A stretch of DNA of 64,000 nucleotides from an uncultured Gammaproteobacteria bacterium (GCA_964547465.1 CAZJNI010000003.1:21334-85333); one strand, 5' to 3'; counted from the stretch's first letter, positions 25,444 through 37,993 are shown. Translations and numbers: made by a program. Notes: generated from the letters alone by a model not told the origin.

Positions 25444-26469
25444 TTATACTCTGCGGACTTTTTTGCGAGCTGTTTCGATTAACCAGTTAATCTTATAAGA
25501 AAGCGGATTTATTATCAGGTCTCTGGCATGCATATATTCAATATCTTCTCCCCCAAAACCTCTTTTAAAAACTGATACCCCCCAGAATCTATGGTTTATT
25601 TCCCCTTCCGGTGCTACTCCCCAGAAATTGTAACGCCTCATTCCCCGCTTTTTTGCCTCCTTTATGGCTTCCCACTGTATTAAATATGCCCCGGGATAAA
25701 TTCTTCCATCCAGAGTAGAGGCTCCATAATGATAATCAGCTTCTTCTCCATAAAAAATTATAAAAGCTTGAGCAAGCTTTCTTTTTCCAAGATAAGCTGT
25801 AAAAAGCAGCACCTGGTCATCTTTAACAAATACAGAAAACTGTTCTTTCAAAAATCTTTTATCAAATTCTACAAAATGTTGCCTTTTTGCAGTTTCTCTT
25901 TGCAGCTTGTAAAACTCATCAATATCCTCAAGTTTTTTACTGACAGTGATTTTAATTCCCAACTTGATTGCTTTTTTAATTTCATACCTGGTTGTTTTTC
26001 TCATTTCAGAAAGAAGTTGATCTTCTTTCTTTTCCAGATTGAGCTGTCTTGTGAGTTCTGCATGAAGATGCATAGGAGCAGATTTAAATCCTAATTTTTC
26101 AAAAACTAAACTATTTTTTTCATTTTCCAAAATTTGAGGACGAACTCTTACAAAGCTGCATTTTTCCTGTTTTGCAATTTCCTCAATGATTCTTCTAAAT
26201 AAATTTAGCTGTTCTATATCTTCCCAATTAATTAATGGTCCGCCGGGGATTGTTAAGTAGCTGGCTCGCTTTGCCTCTTCTTTAATAACGAGCATAATTC
26301 CAACCAATTTTTCTCCATCATAAAATCCAATTCTTTTAATAACTTTTCCCAAATTTTGATGAAACTCTCCCCAGCTCCAACTCTGAAGGAAATTAGCCTC
26401 TTTGTGAGAAACCATGAATTTTTCCCATATTTTTTCACTTGTAATTTGTTCTACTGTAATTTTAGCCAT
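25444..26469 (-). CDS. femX: FemABX-family peptidoglycan bridge aminoacyltransferase
   Basis: 'FLQSWSWGEF', 'MRKTTRYEIKKA', 'YNFWG', 'FKRGFGG'. Confidence 0.9.
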   Translation of the reverse strand: MAKITVEQITSEKIWEKFMVSHKEANFLQSWSWGEFHQNLGKVIKRIGFYDGEKLVGIMLVIKEEAKRASYLTIPGGPLINWEDIEQLNLFRRIIEEIAKQEKCSFVRVRPQILENEKNSLVFEKLGFKSAPMHLHAELTRQLNLEKKEDQLLSEMRKTTRYEIKKAIKLGIKITVSKKLEDIDEFYKLQRETAKRQHFVEFDKRFLKEQFSVFVKDDQVLLFTAYLGKRKLAQAFIIFYGEEADYHYGASTLDGRIYPGAYLIQWEAIKEAKKRGMRRYNFWGVAPEGEINHRFWGVSVFKRGFGGEDIEYMHARDLIINPLSYKINWLIETARKKVRRV

Positions 26470-27659
26470 TGGTTAATTAATTGGGAAATTTTCTCTGCTT
26501 CTTTTTCATCAATATTTATATGTGTAGGCAGATTAACAATTTCATCTGATGCTATTTCAGAGTTTGGACACTGATTTTTGTAATCTGTTTGAGAAAGATA
26601 TTTTTTTGGAGCAATGGGCCCGTCATACCAAATATCTGACACGTAAATTTGATGACTCTCAAGATATTGGATAAGATTAATTCTGTTATTAACAAAAATT
26701 GGGAAACGAAGATTAGAAGATTGTGAAATTTGATTGACTATAGATGAAGATAGAATTTTCGGATTTATACTTTTGGCATAAATGTAAGAGATTGCTTTTC
26801 GATGATGTAAATTTTTCTCTAATTTTTCAAACTGGTCTTTTATAAGGTTGGCGTACCAATTTGGGAGTCTATTCAGTTCATTATTTGAGCCGTTATCCAT
26901 TGGTCTTGATAATAAGTTTAATTTTTTGGCAGTAAAATGAAGGATTTTACCAATACCTAAAAAGTAGCTATTTCTAATAAGAAAACTAAAAAGAGGATAG
27001 AGTCTATCAATTAGCTGAATTTTTGTGTCCACACCTCGAAGGTGTGAATCTATCCCACCCTCCAGGTGGATTACGTTGACACCTGTCCTTTTTATTAATG
27101 CTCCGCCGGAAATTCCATCTATCATTTTATCCTGGCTAAATGATAGAGCTACAAAATCTCCCACCATCCCGGCTTCTTGAGTGCCCTCATATCTGGTACC
27201 AATGGAGTGTGCTAAATCTTCAATTAATATAATTTCATTTTCTTTACAGATTCTGGAAATTTCTTCCGCTTTGCAAGGATAACCCAAAGTATTTTGAATA
27301 ATGACTACTTTAATTTTTGGGTTTTCATTTAATTTTTTTTGTAAAGATTGAGAGGAAAAATTTAAACTGCCCTTTTCAATATCTAAATATTCAATATTCA
27401 GCCCCGCTTTTTTAACTGCATCATAAACCGCAAAACAGGTAAAACCATTTATGGCAACATATGAATCTTCCTCCAAATTTAAAATTTTTAGAGCAAGTTC
27501 TATAGCTTGTCTGCCTTTATATAATAAGGTTACTTGGCCACCATATTTATCTTCCAGGAACTTTTTCAAGTTATTTGATTTTCCATCAAAAGTCAGAAGA
27601 GATTTTAAAACAAAACTAAAATCATAATTAGAACCTAAAGAATTAAATATATTCATCAC
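26451..27659 (-). CDS. DegT/DnrJ/EryC1/StrS PLP aminotransferase carrying an in-frame REP insertion
   Basis: 'IEDLAHS', 'SFSQDKMI...GGAL', 'NLPTH'. Confidence 0.9.
   Translation of the reverse strand: MMNIFNSLGSNYDFSFVLKSLLTFDGKSNNLKKFLEDKYGGQVTLLYKGRQAIELALKILNLEEDSYVAINGFTCFAVYDAVKKAGLNIEYLDIEKGSLNFSSQSLQKKLNENPKIKVVIIQNTLGYPCKAEEISRICKENEIILIEDLAHSIGTRYEGTQEAGMVGDFVALSFSQDKMIDGISGGALIKRTGVNVIHLEGGIDSHLRGVDTKIQLIDRLYPLFSFLIRNSYFLGIGKILHFTAKKLNLLSRPMDNGSNNELNRLPNWYANLIKDQFEKLEKNLHHRKAISYIYAKSINPKILSSSIVNQISQSSNLRFPIFVNNRINLIQYLESHQIYVSDIWYDGPIAPKKYLSQTDYKNQCPNSEIASDEIVNLPTHINIDEKEAEKISQLINQWLKLQ
27030..27093. repeat. Double REP-like palindrome inside the aminotransferase CDS
   Basis: AGGTGGATTACGTTGACACCTGTCCTTTTT differs by 1 nt from the RAYT-1 flank at 12618-12647. 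Confidence 0.9.
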
Positions 27660-28336
27660 AACCCCTTTGCTATTTTTTCCACAACTTCTTTTGGATTAGT
27701 AAATTGCGGAGAATGCTTGGCTGACTTTATTATATAGAAAGTGGAGTTGGGAATTAATTTATGCATTAAACGGCCATCAAAAACAGGAGTGGTTTTATCA
27801 AACTCACCCCAGATAATTGTGGTGGGGACATTAATTTCAGATAAGTGAGGCGTTAAATCAGAAGAGATCAAATTTTTCATGGTCTGTTTCATCAGAGGAG
27901 TAGCTTTGTTATAATCGCTTTCTCCGGTTAGTTTATATAACAGATCTTTTAACGTTTCAGAGGATGTAAGCCTCTTGCCCCATTTGGCAATTTTTCTAAA
28001 AATAAATCTTTTAATTCTTATTGATAACTTTTTATGATAAACTCCCGCGCTATCAATCAATATTAACTGCTCAACTTTTTGCGGGTATTTTAGGGAATAT
28101 GCCAAAGCCATTCTTCCCCCGCTGGAATGACCAATTAAAATAACTTTTTCATTGCCAACTTTATTATTAAGCCAATTAACATAATCATCTAGGTTCCATA
28201 CCCGGTTGATTTTTTCTGTTAATCCTGGAATTTTAGGTAGTTTAACATCAAATCCCGCCTCTTTTAAAAGATTAATAAATGGTAGCCATTTTTCAGTTGA
28301 ATATGTCCATCCATGTAAAATGATTATAGTCCCCAT
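27656..28336 (-). CDS. Alpha/beta hydrolase
   Basis: 'ILHGW', nucleophile elbow 'GHSSGG', 'WGEFD', 'AKHSPQ'. Confidence 0.9.
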   Translation of the reverse strand: MGTIIILHGWTYSTEKWLPFINLLKEAGFDVKLPKIPGLTEKINRVWNLDDYVNWLNNKVGNEKVILIGHSSGGRMALAYSLKYPQKVEQLILIDSAGVYHKKLSIRIKRFIFRKIAKWGKRLTSSETLKDLLYKLTGESDYNKATPLMKQTMKNLISSDLTPHLSEINVPTTIIWGEFDKTTPVFDGRLMHKLIPNSTFYIIKSAKHSPQFTNPKEVVEKIAKGL

Positions 28337-29553
28337 TGTTCTCTCCTCCTTTGCCAAACCAGTTCTCTTCTGCATAATTTTTGTATATCACTTTTATTTA
28401 ATAATAAATGCTCGATTACTCCTTCCAAAAATCTGGCCCCTTTGAAAAGAATAGTCTCTCCCCCGCTAATATTTTCTAAAAGATAATCCAAAACTTCTTT
28501 TGGTGTCTCAAACCTGACTGAAGGTTTCAATTTTGGATAAGTATACTTTGAAACTCTTGGACCCATTAGAATAATTTTCTCAAAATCATATTTTGCAATA
28601 ACCTCTACAAGCTTTTCATGTTCCGGCCGCTCCTCACTTCCTTGTTCTAACATGTCCCCCAATACCACCCATTTTTTATTTGCAGGAATTTTATTAAACA
28701 TATTTAAAATTACAGTCATAGAAGAAAGATTAGCATTATAAGAGCTGTCAATAAGAGTGGTATTTTTTATTCCTTCAAAAACAGAACTTCGCCCCGGGGG
28801 TAGGACGAATTTAGAGAAAGATTGATCTATAGATAAATTCAGGTACTCTAAAACTTTTAAGGCAGCCATAATCTGATAGAAAGATTCTTGAGGTAAAAGA
28901 CAGTCAAGATGATAATTTTTATTATCTATTCTAAATTCAGTTGAATTTTTATTAAGTGTATATTTTTGCAAATGTCCTGCCCGAGTAATCTGTATAACTT
29001 TTACATTGGTTCTGGAAAGCTGTTTTTTGATAAGAGGTAAATCGCCATTTATAATTGCCAGATTTTTAGTATTTTCTAAAAAGTAGCCAAACTCAAAAGC
29101 AATGTTTTCTTCAATAGGTTTTTCAAAATTCATACTGTGGGTTTTGCCACTATTTATCCAAATTGTTGTGTCCGGTTTTAGAAAAGTTGCCAGAAATTTT
29201 CCCTCTTTTGGTCTATCACAATCAGCCTCAACTATATATAAATTTTCTTTATATGGTTTTTTAAAAGCCCTAAAAGGTGCGGCCAAAAATAAATATGGCC
29301 ACTCCCCTATCATTAAAGTTTTTCTGGAAAGACCCAGAATATCAAAAGGTATTCCATATGAAGAGTTGGCATGATGGGAATATCTGGCACTTTCTCCAAT
29401 TTGTGATTCCAGTAGATGCAACAGGGTTGTTTTAGCATTAGAACCTGTAATAACAATTATTTTTGGTTTCCATAAAAGTAGCTGGATTTGGGCAAAAATC
29501 CTAAAATAATAAGCTATTGGAAAATATAAAATACGCTTAATTTTACTTATCAT
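28324..29553 (-). CDS. murF: MurF-like Mur ligase
   Basis: 'ITGSNAKTT', 'IDSSYNAN', 'VLGDMLEQG', 'ILFKGA'. Confidence 0.85.
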   Translation of the reverse strand: MISKIKRILYFPIAYYFRIFAQIQLLLWKPKIIVITGSNAKTTLLHLLESQIGESARYSHHANSSYGIPFDILGLSRKTLMIGEWPYLFLAAPFRAFKKPYKENLYIVEADCDRPKEGKFLATFLKPDTTIWINSGKTHSMNFEKPIEENIAFEFGYFLENTKNLAIINGDLPLIKKQLSRTNVKVIQITRAGHLQKYTLNKNSTEFRIDNKNYHLDCLLPQESFYQIMAALKVLEYLNLSIDQSFSKFVLPPGRSSVFEGIKNTTLIDSSYNANLSSMTVILNMFNKIPANKKWVVLGDMLEQGSEERPEHEKLVEVIAKYDFEKIILMGPRVSKYTYPKLKPSVRFETPKEVLDYLLENISGGETILFKGARFLEGVIEHLLLNKSDIQKLCRRELVWQRRREQWGL

Positions 29554-30920
29554 CCAAAAACTTTCTGAACAGCTAGATTAAATTTTCTGCCCCTGTCAAA
29601 CTCATTTTGAAACAGGTTAAATGAAGTTGCTGCCGGTGAAAAAAGGATTACATTCCCTGATTGGACTTCAGATTTAACATCAGTTAACAACTGTTCCAAA
29701 TTATTGTAAGGCCCATGAATTTTGAGATTGCTACGCTTCGCTCGCAATGACGAGGTAATAGTATCTGTTGCATCACCTTCCAAGAAAAAAACCTTATTGA
29801 CAAATTTATGCACGATCGTTACATATTTTGTATACTCCATTTTCTTATTCATTCCTCCGCAGATAAGAATCAAACACCCCAGGGGTGACTTTAGATTGCC
29901 ACCTAAGGTTTTTATGGCTTGGATTGATGCTTCCGGGCTGGTGGCTACGGTGTCATTATAAATTTTTACCCCATTCCATGTTTTTATAAGTTCTATCCTA
30001 AAAGGTACTCCTTTAAAATTGGCCATCGTTTGCAATGTCTGATCTTGCGATATATTAAAAACCCTTGCCACCGCCAAAGCAGCTGCCATGTTCTCAAGAT
30101 TATGATCTCCCATCAAATGTGGATGGAATTTTTTTGGCAAGTCCACTTTAGAGAAATAAATTATTCGTCCTTTAAAATCCTTGGTAAAATTCACTTTTGC
30201 GGTGATTGGATCATTTTTTCTTAGGAAAAGGAAGCCTTGCGCAGTCTGGTACTTACCAATAATTCTTTTGGCAGAGAGATATTCATTCATGGTGGAATAA
30301 TAATTAAGGTGATCCGGAGTAATATTGGTGATAACTGACCATCTTGGGGAAACCTTATGTTGATCAAAAGCTTCCAGTTGGAAAGAGGATATTTCTAAAA
30401 CTATTAGTGTGTCTTGTTTAATATCTGGAATAACGTCTAGGACACTTTTCCCAATATTGCCTGCAAGAATTATATTCCCTTCATGTTCACCTAACCCATG
30501 CCGGGTATGGGATGAGTTGACATGCAAGGATGCCTTAAGGATCTTATAAATTAATGTTGCTGTGGTAGATTTTCCTTTGGTACCTGTTACTCCAATAATT
30601 TGTGAAGGATTAACATATTCCAAAAATATTCCCATATCCATTTCCACTTTCTTCCCAATTTTGGTGGCGTACTCAATATATGGGTTATTAGGTTTTACTG
30701 CCGGATTTTTAATAATTAAATCTGCCCAATCAATATCCTCGTATCTGTGCTCACCTAGTGTGTAGCTAATGGAAAAATCTTTTAATTGATCAAGTGAGAG
30801 TTTTAAAATGCTCCCAGATTTTAGATCTGTAACTTTAACCTCCATACCTTTTTGGGCAAAATATTTAGCAGATCCAACCCCACCTTGATTAAGCCCTAAA
30901 CCAAAGATTAATACTCTCAT
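29550..30920 (-). CDS. murD: UDP-MurNAc-Ala:D-Glu ligase with three in-frame palindromic insertions
   Basis: 'GVTGTKGKSTT', 'AGNIG', 'LEISSFQL', 'DHLNYY', 'FSPAATSF'. Confidence 0.95.
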   Translation of the reverse strand: MRVLIFGLGLNQGGVGSAKYFAQKGMEVKVTDLKSGSILKLSLDQLKDFSISYTLGEHRYEDIDWADLIIKNPAVKPNNPYIEYATKIGKKVEMDMGIFLEYVNPSQIIGVTGTKGKSTTATLIYKILKASLHVNSSHTRHGLGEHEGNIILAGNIGKSVLDVIPDIKQDTLIVLEISSFQLEAFDQHKVSPRWSVITNITPDHLNYYSTMNEYLSAKRIIGKYQTAQGFLFLRKNDPITAKVNFTKDFKGRIIYFSKVDLPKKFHPHLMGDHNLENMAAALAVARVFNISQDQTLQTMANFKGVPFRIELIKTWNGVKIYNDTVATSPEASIQAIKTLGGNLKSPLGCLILICGGMNKKMEYTKYVTIVHKFVNKVFFLEGDATDTITSSLRAKRSNLKIHGPYNNLEQLLTDVKSEVQSGNVILFSPAATSFNLFQNEFDRGRKFNLAVQKVFG

Positions 30921-30957
30921 ATTGTGGTATTATATCTTTTTCTGGCCCGTTTTTCTT

Positions 30958-31764
30958 ATGAATAATGCTCCTATTGGAATATTTGACTCTGGTATTGGTG
31001 GTTTAACAGTTGCAAAAGAAATTATAAGAACACTACCTCATGAAAGTATAATTTATATCGGAGATACAGCCAGAGTGCCATATGGGCCCAGGAGTAAAGA
31101 AGTAGTCACCAAATTTGCCCTTGAAATGACAAATTTCTTGCTCAAGAAAAAAATTAAAGCTTTGATTATTGCCTGTAATACAATTTCCGGGCTTTGCTAT
31201 GATGAGATTAAAAAGGTAGCTTTTCCGGTTATTACTTTAGGTGTTATTAAACCTGCTGTTAGGAAAGCTATTGCGACTACTAAAAATGAAAAGATTGGAG
31301 TGATTGGTACACTGGGTACAATCAAAAGTAGATCTTATCAAAAGATGCTTAAATTTTATAACTCTGATGCCCAAATTATAGCCTCTGCCTGTCCTTTGTT
31401 TGTACCAATGGCAGAAGAAGGGTTAAATAATCATGAGGCCACGAAATTAATAGCGCAAGATTACTTGCAGGAATTTATTGATAAGGGAGTAGATACACTG
31501 ATTTTAGGATGTACACATTATCCTCTATTGTATGATGCTATCAAAAAGACTGTGGGAGATGAAATGACTTTAGTAGACTCTGCAGAGCCAACTGCCCAAA
31601 TGTTAAAGGAAAGATTGGAAGAGGTAGATCTTTTAAGTGATAATCCAAATCCAGAGTATGAGTTTTATGTTACTGATGCACCTGAACGGGTGAAAAAAGT
31701 AGCTGGCAGATTTTTTGGAGAAAAATTAAATGGTAAATTAAAAAAAGTTAGTCTTGAGGATTAA
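30958..31764 (+). CDS. murI: Glutamate racemase
   Basis: 'IGIFDSGIGGLTV', 'IACNT', 'LGCTHYP'. Confidence 0.97.
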   Translation: MNNAPIGIFDSGIGGLTVAKEIIRTLPHESIIYIGDTARVPYGPRSKEVVTKFALEMTNFLLKKKIKALIIACNTISGLCYDEIKKVAFPVITLGVIKPAVRKAIATTKNEKIGVIGTLGTIKSRSYQKMLKFYNSDAQIIASACPLFVPMAEEGLNNHEATKLIAQDYLQEFIDKGVDTLILGCTHYPLLYDAIKKTVGDEMTLVDSAEPTAQMLKERLEEVDLLSDNPNPEYEFYVTDAPERVKKVAGRFFGEKLNGKLKKVSLED

Positions 31765-33097
31765 CTAATTCCTTAGCTAATTTATCAGTGTCCCCTGCGC
31801 TCATAAAAAAGAGGATATCCCCGGATTTTATTTCTGGTTTTAATTTTTCTAAAGTTTCATTTGCAGATCCGATGTAAACTACAGAATTTTTACCAATTGT
31901 TTCCACAAGCTCTTTACTGGAAACCAAACCAGTATCTATTTCGCGAGATGGATAAATATCCATAATATATGTTTTATCTGCCGGAATATTTTTAAAAACT
32001 TTGACAAAATCATCAAATAAATATTTAGTCCTTGAAAACATATGAGGTTGGTAAACCAAGAGGATTCTGGTATGCGGGAACTTTTCCCTGACCGCCTCCA
32101 TGGTAACTTTAATTTCAGTTGGATGATGGCCAAAATCAGAATATACTTTTGCTCCCCTGTATTCTCCAATATACTCAAATCTTCTATTTACCCCTGTATA
32201 ATCGGAAAGACTTTTTTTAATGATGTTTGGATCAATTCCCAAAAGCAAACCAACCTGCATTGCTGCTTGGGCGTTTAATTTGTTAAATTCCCCGGGTATT
32301 TTAAGTGGAAAACTTAATTTATTCCTGGAGTAGTCTAAGTACTGGACAAATTTATTACGATCGTGATACTTTTGTCTAGGAGTTTTCATAACATCTTTTA
32401 CCAATTCTGCAACGTTTTTATCTAAAAGATTGGCCACAATTGTTTCTCTGGTCTGAAGTAAAAACTTTTCAAAAGAATCTAAATATGTATTTAAATCTCT
32501 AAAGTATTCAGGATGATCCATCTCGATGTTAGTTACAACACAAATATCGGGCTTAAAGTGCAAAAAGTTATCATTAAATTCATCTGCTTCCACCACGAAA
32601 TATTTGCCTTTCCCGACTCTGTAGTTAGCATTCCATTTTGGGTGTATTGCTCCCAGTAAAACAGTTGGATTTAAGTTTGCATCCTCCAGGACTTGGGCAA
32701 TCATGGCAGTGGTGGTTGTTTTACCATGAGTTCCGCAGATAGCTATGACAAATTCTTCCTTGGTTAAATACTTTCCTACAAACTGCTGCCAGGTCATTAC
32801 CGGGATATTATTTCTTTTTGCTTCCAGTAGTTCTGGATTATTTGGATCTAGCGAAAAAATTGCCGGGGTGACTGCAAGTATTTGGACACCCCAGGGGTGG
32901 AATCCTATTGACACCCCAGGAAGTTTGGCTAAATGTTTTGGATTGTGGCCATTGAAGAGTTGATTTGGCTGGAAAATAGTTGTAAATTCATTATTAACTT
33001 CTAAATCACAACCGGTAACTTCAAACCCTTGGGCTTGGGCTAGCGCAGCTGCAGCTGATGCCCCAGATCCCCCTATTCCCAAAAAATGTACCTTCAT
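31748..33097 (-). CDS. murC: UDP-MurNAc:L-Ala ligase with two in-frame palindromic insertions
   Basis: 'HFLGIGGSG', 'GTHGKTTTT', 'VEADE', 'DFGHHPTEI', 'YQPHMFSRT'. Confidence 0.95.
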   Translation of the reverse strand: MKVHFLGIGGSGASAAAALAQAQGFEVTGCDLEVNNEFTTIFQPNQLFNGHNPKHLAKLPGVSIGFHPWGVQILAVTPAIFSLDPNNPELLEAKRNNIPVMTWQQFVGKYLTKEEFVIAICGTHGKTTTTAMIAQVLEDANLNPTVLLGAIHPKWNANYRVGKGKYFVVEADEFNDNFLHFKPDICVVTNIEMDHPEYFRDLNTYLDSFEKFLLQTRETIVANLLDKNVAELVKDVMKTPRQKYHDRNKFVQYLDYSRNKLSFPLKIPGEFNKLNAQAAMQVGLLLGIDPNIIKKSLSDYTGVNRRFEYIGEYRGAKVYSDFGHHPTEIKVTMEAVREKFPHTRILLVYQPHMFSRTKYLFDDFVKVFKNIPADKTYIMDIYPSREIDTGLVSSKELVETIGKNSVVYIGSANETLEKLKPEIKSGDILFFMSAGDTDKLAKELVNPQD

Positions 33098-33191
33098 TTG
33101 GATATTATATGATTTTTACAAGGACAATGCGAAAAGCAGAAAAGTCCTTATGTATCTATTCAACACACACCCGGTGTGGGTTAGTCACTAT

Positions 33192-33497
33192 TTATCCCAA
33201 TTTATCCCAGGGACTTGGTGGAGGGTTTTGTTGCAATAAGCCAGTTGCTTCTTCTTTGTTAAGAACTCTCCAGGTTAAATTGAGGAAATTTTCTGGGAGC
33301 ATATATGCGCGCGTAGCGCCAATAAAACCGAGTACAAAATCCACATCCTTAAAGAATTTAATTACATTATCACCTTCCAGGTAACCTATCTCTCCATCTT
33401 CGTATTGATAAATTAATCTTACTACCCCCCCCTTGCCTGCAGCTGGTCTCATTTCTTTATGATTTACAAATCTACCAATTTGATCTTGTTCTGGCAT
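33192..33497 (-). CDS. Small hypothetical protein
   Basis: 101-aa ORF between gyrB and murC, followed by a palindrome at 33165-33179. Confidence 0.55.
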   Translation of the reverse strand: MPEQDQIGRFVNHKEMRPAAGKGGVVRLIYQYEDGEIGYLEGDNVIKFFKDVDFVLGFIGATRAYMLPENFLNLTWRVLNKEEATGLLQQNPPPSPWDKLG

Positions 33498-33535
33498 AAA
33501 TTTATCTTAATCAGTGGATATTACTCAAAATGATT

Positions 33536-35488
<1,953 letters not shown>

Positions 35489-35499
35489 TTATTCTAACA

Positions 35500-36180
35500 C
35501 TATTTTTGAGGCATGACCAGCATTAAATACTCCAAAATTGCCCTGATATTAACATTTTGTTTCTGCCACTCCTCTGCTTGCAAAAGTTCTTTTAAAAAAG
35601 TTTCAATTTCTTTTAAGGGAACATTTTGAGCGATCGCATTTTTTGTTTCCTTTCTGTACTCCAGCAAAGCTGTATGGAATGATTGAGATAAAGATTGTAA
35701 AAACTCTTCCCTATCTTTTAATTTTTCAACATACTCAAACCTTTCAGCGATACTGGAATTTAATAATTTTTCTATATGTGCTGAAAAACCTGGTATGTCA
35801 ATGTATCCCATACCGGGCATGGGTAAAAGGATGATCTGGCAGCGGGATAAAACTGTTGGTAAAAAGGATGCATCTGAACTGGCACATAAAATAAATAAAG
35901 CCTCTTTAGGTAATTCTTCCAAAGTTTTTAAAAGCGCATTTTGGGCCTCGCTTGTGAGAGCTGATGCATCTTCTAAGACCACTACCCTACCTTTAGCGGA
36001 ATATGGTTTAAGGGAAAAAAACTCCTTTATTTTTCTTGCCTCCGCAATACCCAGTTTGGAAGTATAAGGGAAATAAAGGAGATCAGGATGATTAAGGGTA
36101 AGTTTATGGCTAACTAAAATTTTATCTATCTCTTCTTTCCTTCTTTCTAAAGCCGCTGAAATTAAAAGCCTTGCAATCAT
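35500..36180 (-). CDS. holB: DNA polymerase III delta'-like subunit (short CPR form)
   Basis: 'HPDL', 'EAQNALLKTLEE', 'LPTVLSRCQ'. Confidence 0.8.
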   Translation of the reverse strand: MIARLLISAALERRKEEIDKILVSHKLTLNHPDLLYFPYTSKLGIAEARKIKEFFSLKPYSAKGRVVVLEDASALTSEAQNALLKTLEELPKEALFILCASSDASFLPTVLSRCQIILLPMPGMGYIDIPGFSAHIEKLLNSSIAERFEYVEKLKDREEFLQSLSQSFHTALLEYRKETKNAIAQNVPLKEIETFLKELLQAEEWQKQNVNIRAILEYLMLVMPQK

Positions 36181-36205
36181 GGGCCAATTTTAACATAATG
36201 AAAGT

Positions 36206-37918
36206 ATGCCCAATACAACTGTCCAACCAAGCAGCACAATTGAAGATATTCTTTTTAGGGAAGGTTTGCTAACTCCAGACCAACTTTCTACTGTGAAGCT
36301 GGAAAGTATAAATTCAGGTCAGCCTATTGATAAAATTTTAATCCAGCATAATCTTGTTCCAATAGAAAAAATTACTCAAGCTAAAGCCCAACTTTTAAAT
36401 GTGCCTTTTGTAAAAATGGAAGGTAGGGCTATTTCAACAGATATCCTAAATCTAATACCTGAAGCTGCAGCCCGCCGTTATACCATTATCCCTTTTGAGA
36501 AAAATAATGATGAACTTATGGTGGCAATGGCAGACCCTTTGGATATTCAAATAATTCAATTTATAGAGAAAAGATCCGGAAAAAGAGTTAAGCCTTTTCT
36601 GGCCCTGCCTGAAGATGTTTTAAAAGCAATTGGTGATCAGTATGCTCAAAATTTAACTTCCGAGGTAACCTCTGCCTTACAAGAAGTGCAGGATGTTAAA
36701 CCGGAAGCACAACTTGAAACAGGGCCGGAAATTATCAGAGAAGCTCCGGTTTCCAATATTGTTACCCAGCTTATGGAATATGCTGTTAAAACCAGAGCTT
36801 CTGATATTCATATCGAGCCTCAAGAGGATCGGACCAGAGTCAGATACAGAATTGATGGAATTTTACATGAGAAAATTCTTCTACCCAAAGGTGTACATGA
36901 TGCGGTCATCTCCAGGATAAAAATCCTGTCCAATTTAAAAATAGATGAAAAAAGGCTGCCACAAGATGGCAGGTTTACTTTTCGCTTTGGCCAAAACGAA
37001 GTTGACCTTCGTGTATCTACAGTCCCAACAGTTTTCGGAGAAAAAGTGGTACTGCGGCTTTTACCAAAATCCTCTGCTGCTCCAACTTTAATAGAGTTAG
37101 GTTTAAGGGGGGTTTCGCTCAAGAGTTTTGAGTCTCAACTTTTAAGAACACATGGAGTTATTTTAGTTTGTGGTCCTACAGGTTCAGGAAAAACCACCAC
37201 CCTTTATTCTGTTTTGACAAAAATCTCAACGACTAGGGTTAATGTGGTGACAGTTGAAGATCCTGTTGAGTATCAGATTCCCGGGGTTAATCAGGTTCAG
37301 GTAAATCCACAAGTCGGACTTACCTTTGCGTCAGCCTTAAGGTCTTTTTTAAGGCAGGATCCGAATATAATCATGGTTGGTGAGGTGCGGGATACAGAGA
37401 CTGCTGATTTGGCTATTCAGGCTGCGCTAACAGGTCACCAGGTTTTTTCCACCCTTCATACTAATTCAGCTGCAGGCGCACCTCCCAGGCTTTTGGATAT
37501 GGGTGTTGAACCATTTCTTCTAACATCAGCCTTAAATGCAGTTTTAGGACAAAGGGTGGTAAGGAAAATCTGCCCTAAATGCAGGGTTGAATTTGGTGCG
37601 CCGCCAGAGGTTTTGGAAAATATAAAGTCAGTTTTGGGAAGACTCACTCCCCGCTCGGAGCAAGCAGGTATGAAATTATATAAAGGTCAAGGCTGTAATT
37701 TTTGTGGACATACCGGATATTTGGGCAGAATTGGTATCTTTGAGGCTTTGGTAATGAGCGATACTATTGCAAAATTAGTTTTAGAGCACGCCTCTTCTAA
37801 TTCAATTGAACAAAAAGCTATTGAAGAAGGAATGATCACTATGAAACAGGATGGATATTTGAAAGTTTTGGAAGGCATTACGACCTTGGAGGAGGTATTG
37901 AGAGTAGCACAAGACTAA
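36206..37918 (+). CDS. pilB: Type IV pilus assembly ATPase PilB/GspE
   Basis: 'ASDIHIEP', 'RLPQDGRF', 'GPTGSGKTTTLY', 'LRQDPNIIMVGEVRD', Zn-binding CxxC pairs. Confidence 0.95.
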   Translation: MPNTTVQPSSTIEDILFREGLLTPDQLSTVKLESINSGQPIDKILIQHNLVPIEKITQAKAQLLNVPFVKMEGRAISTDILNLIPEAAARRYTIIPFEKNNDELMVAMADPLDIQIIQFIEKRSGKRVKPFLALPEDVLKAIGDQYAQNLTSEVTSALQEVQDVKPEAQLETGPEIIREAPVSNIVTQLMEYAVKTRASDIHIEPQEDRTRVRYRIDGILHEKILLPKGVHDAVISRIKILSNLKIDEKRLPQDGRFTFRFGQNEVDLRVSTVPTVFGEKVVLRLLPKSSAAPTLIELGLRGVSLKSFESQLLRTHGVILVCGPTGSGKTTTLYSVLTKISTTRVNVVTVEDPVEYQIPGVNQVQVNPQVGLTFASALRSFLRQDPNIIMVGEVRDTETADLAIQAALTGHQVFSTLHTNSAAGAPPRLLDMGVEPFLLTSALNAVLGQRVVRKICPKCRVEFGAPPEVLENIKSVLGRLTPRSEQAGMKLYKGQGCNFCGHTGYLGRIGIFEALVMSDTIAKLVLEHASSNSIEQKAIEEGMITMKQDGYLKVLEGITTLEEVLRVAQD

Positions 37919-37993
37919 TAACTTGGAACTAAAGACTTAAGACAAAAAGTTTTCAGTTTTAAGTTCTTAGTTTTCAGTCCCAAGTCTTAAGTT
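37919..37993. repeat. Inverted pair of heptamer arrays between pilB and pilT
   Basis: AACTTGG AACTAAA GACTTAA GACAAAA then AGTTTTC AGTTTTA AGTTCTT AGTTTTC AGTCCCA AGTCTTA. Confidence 0.75.
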
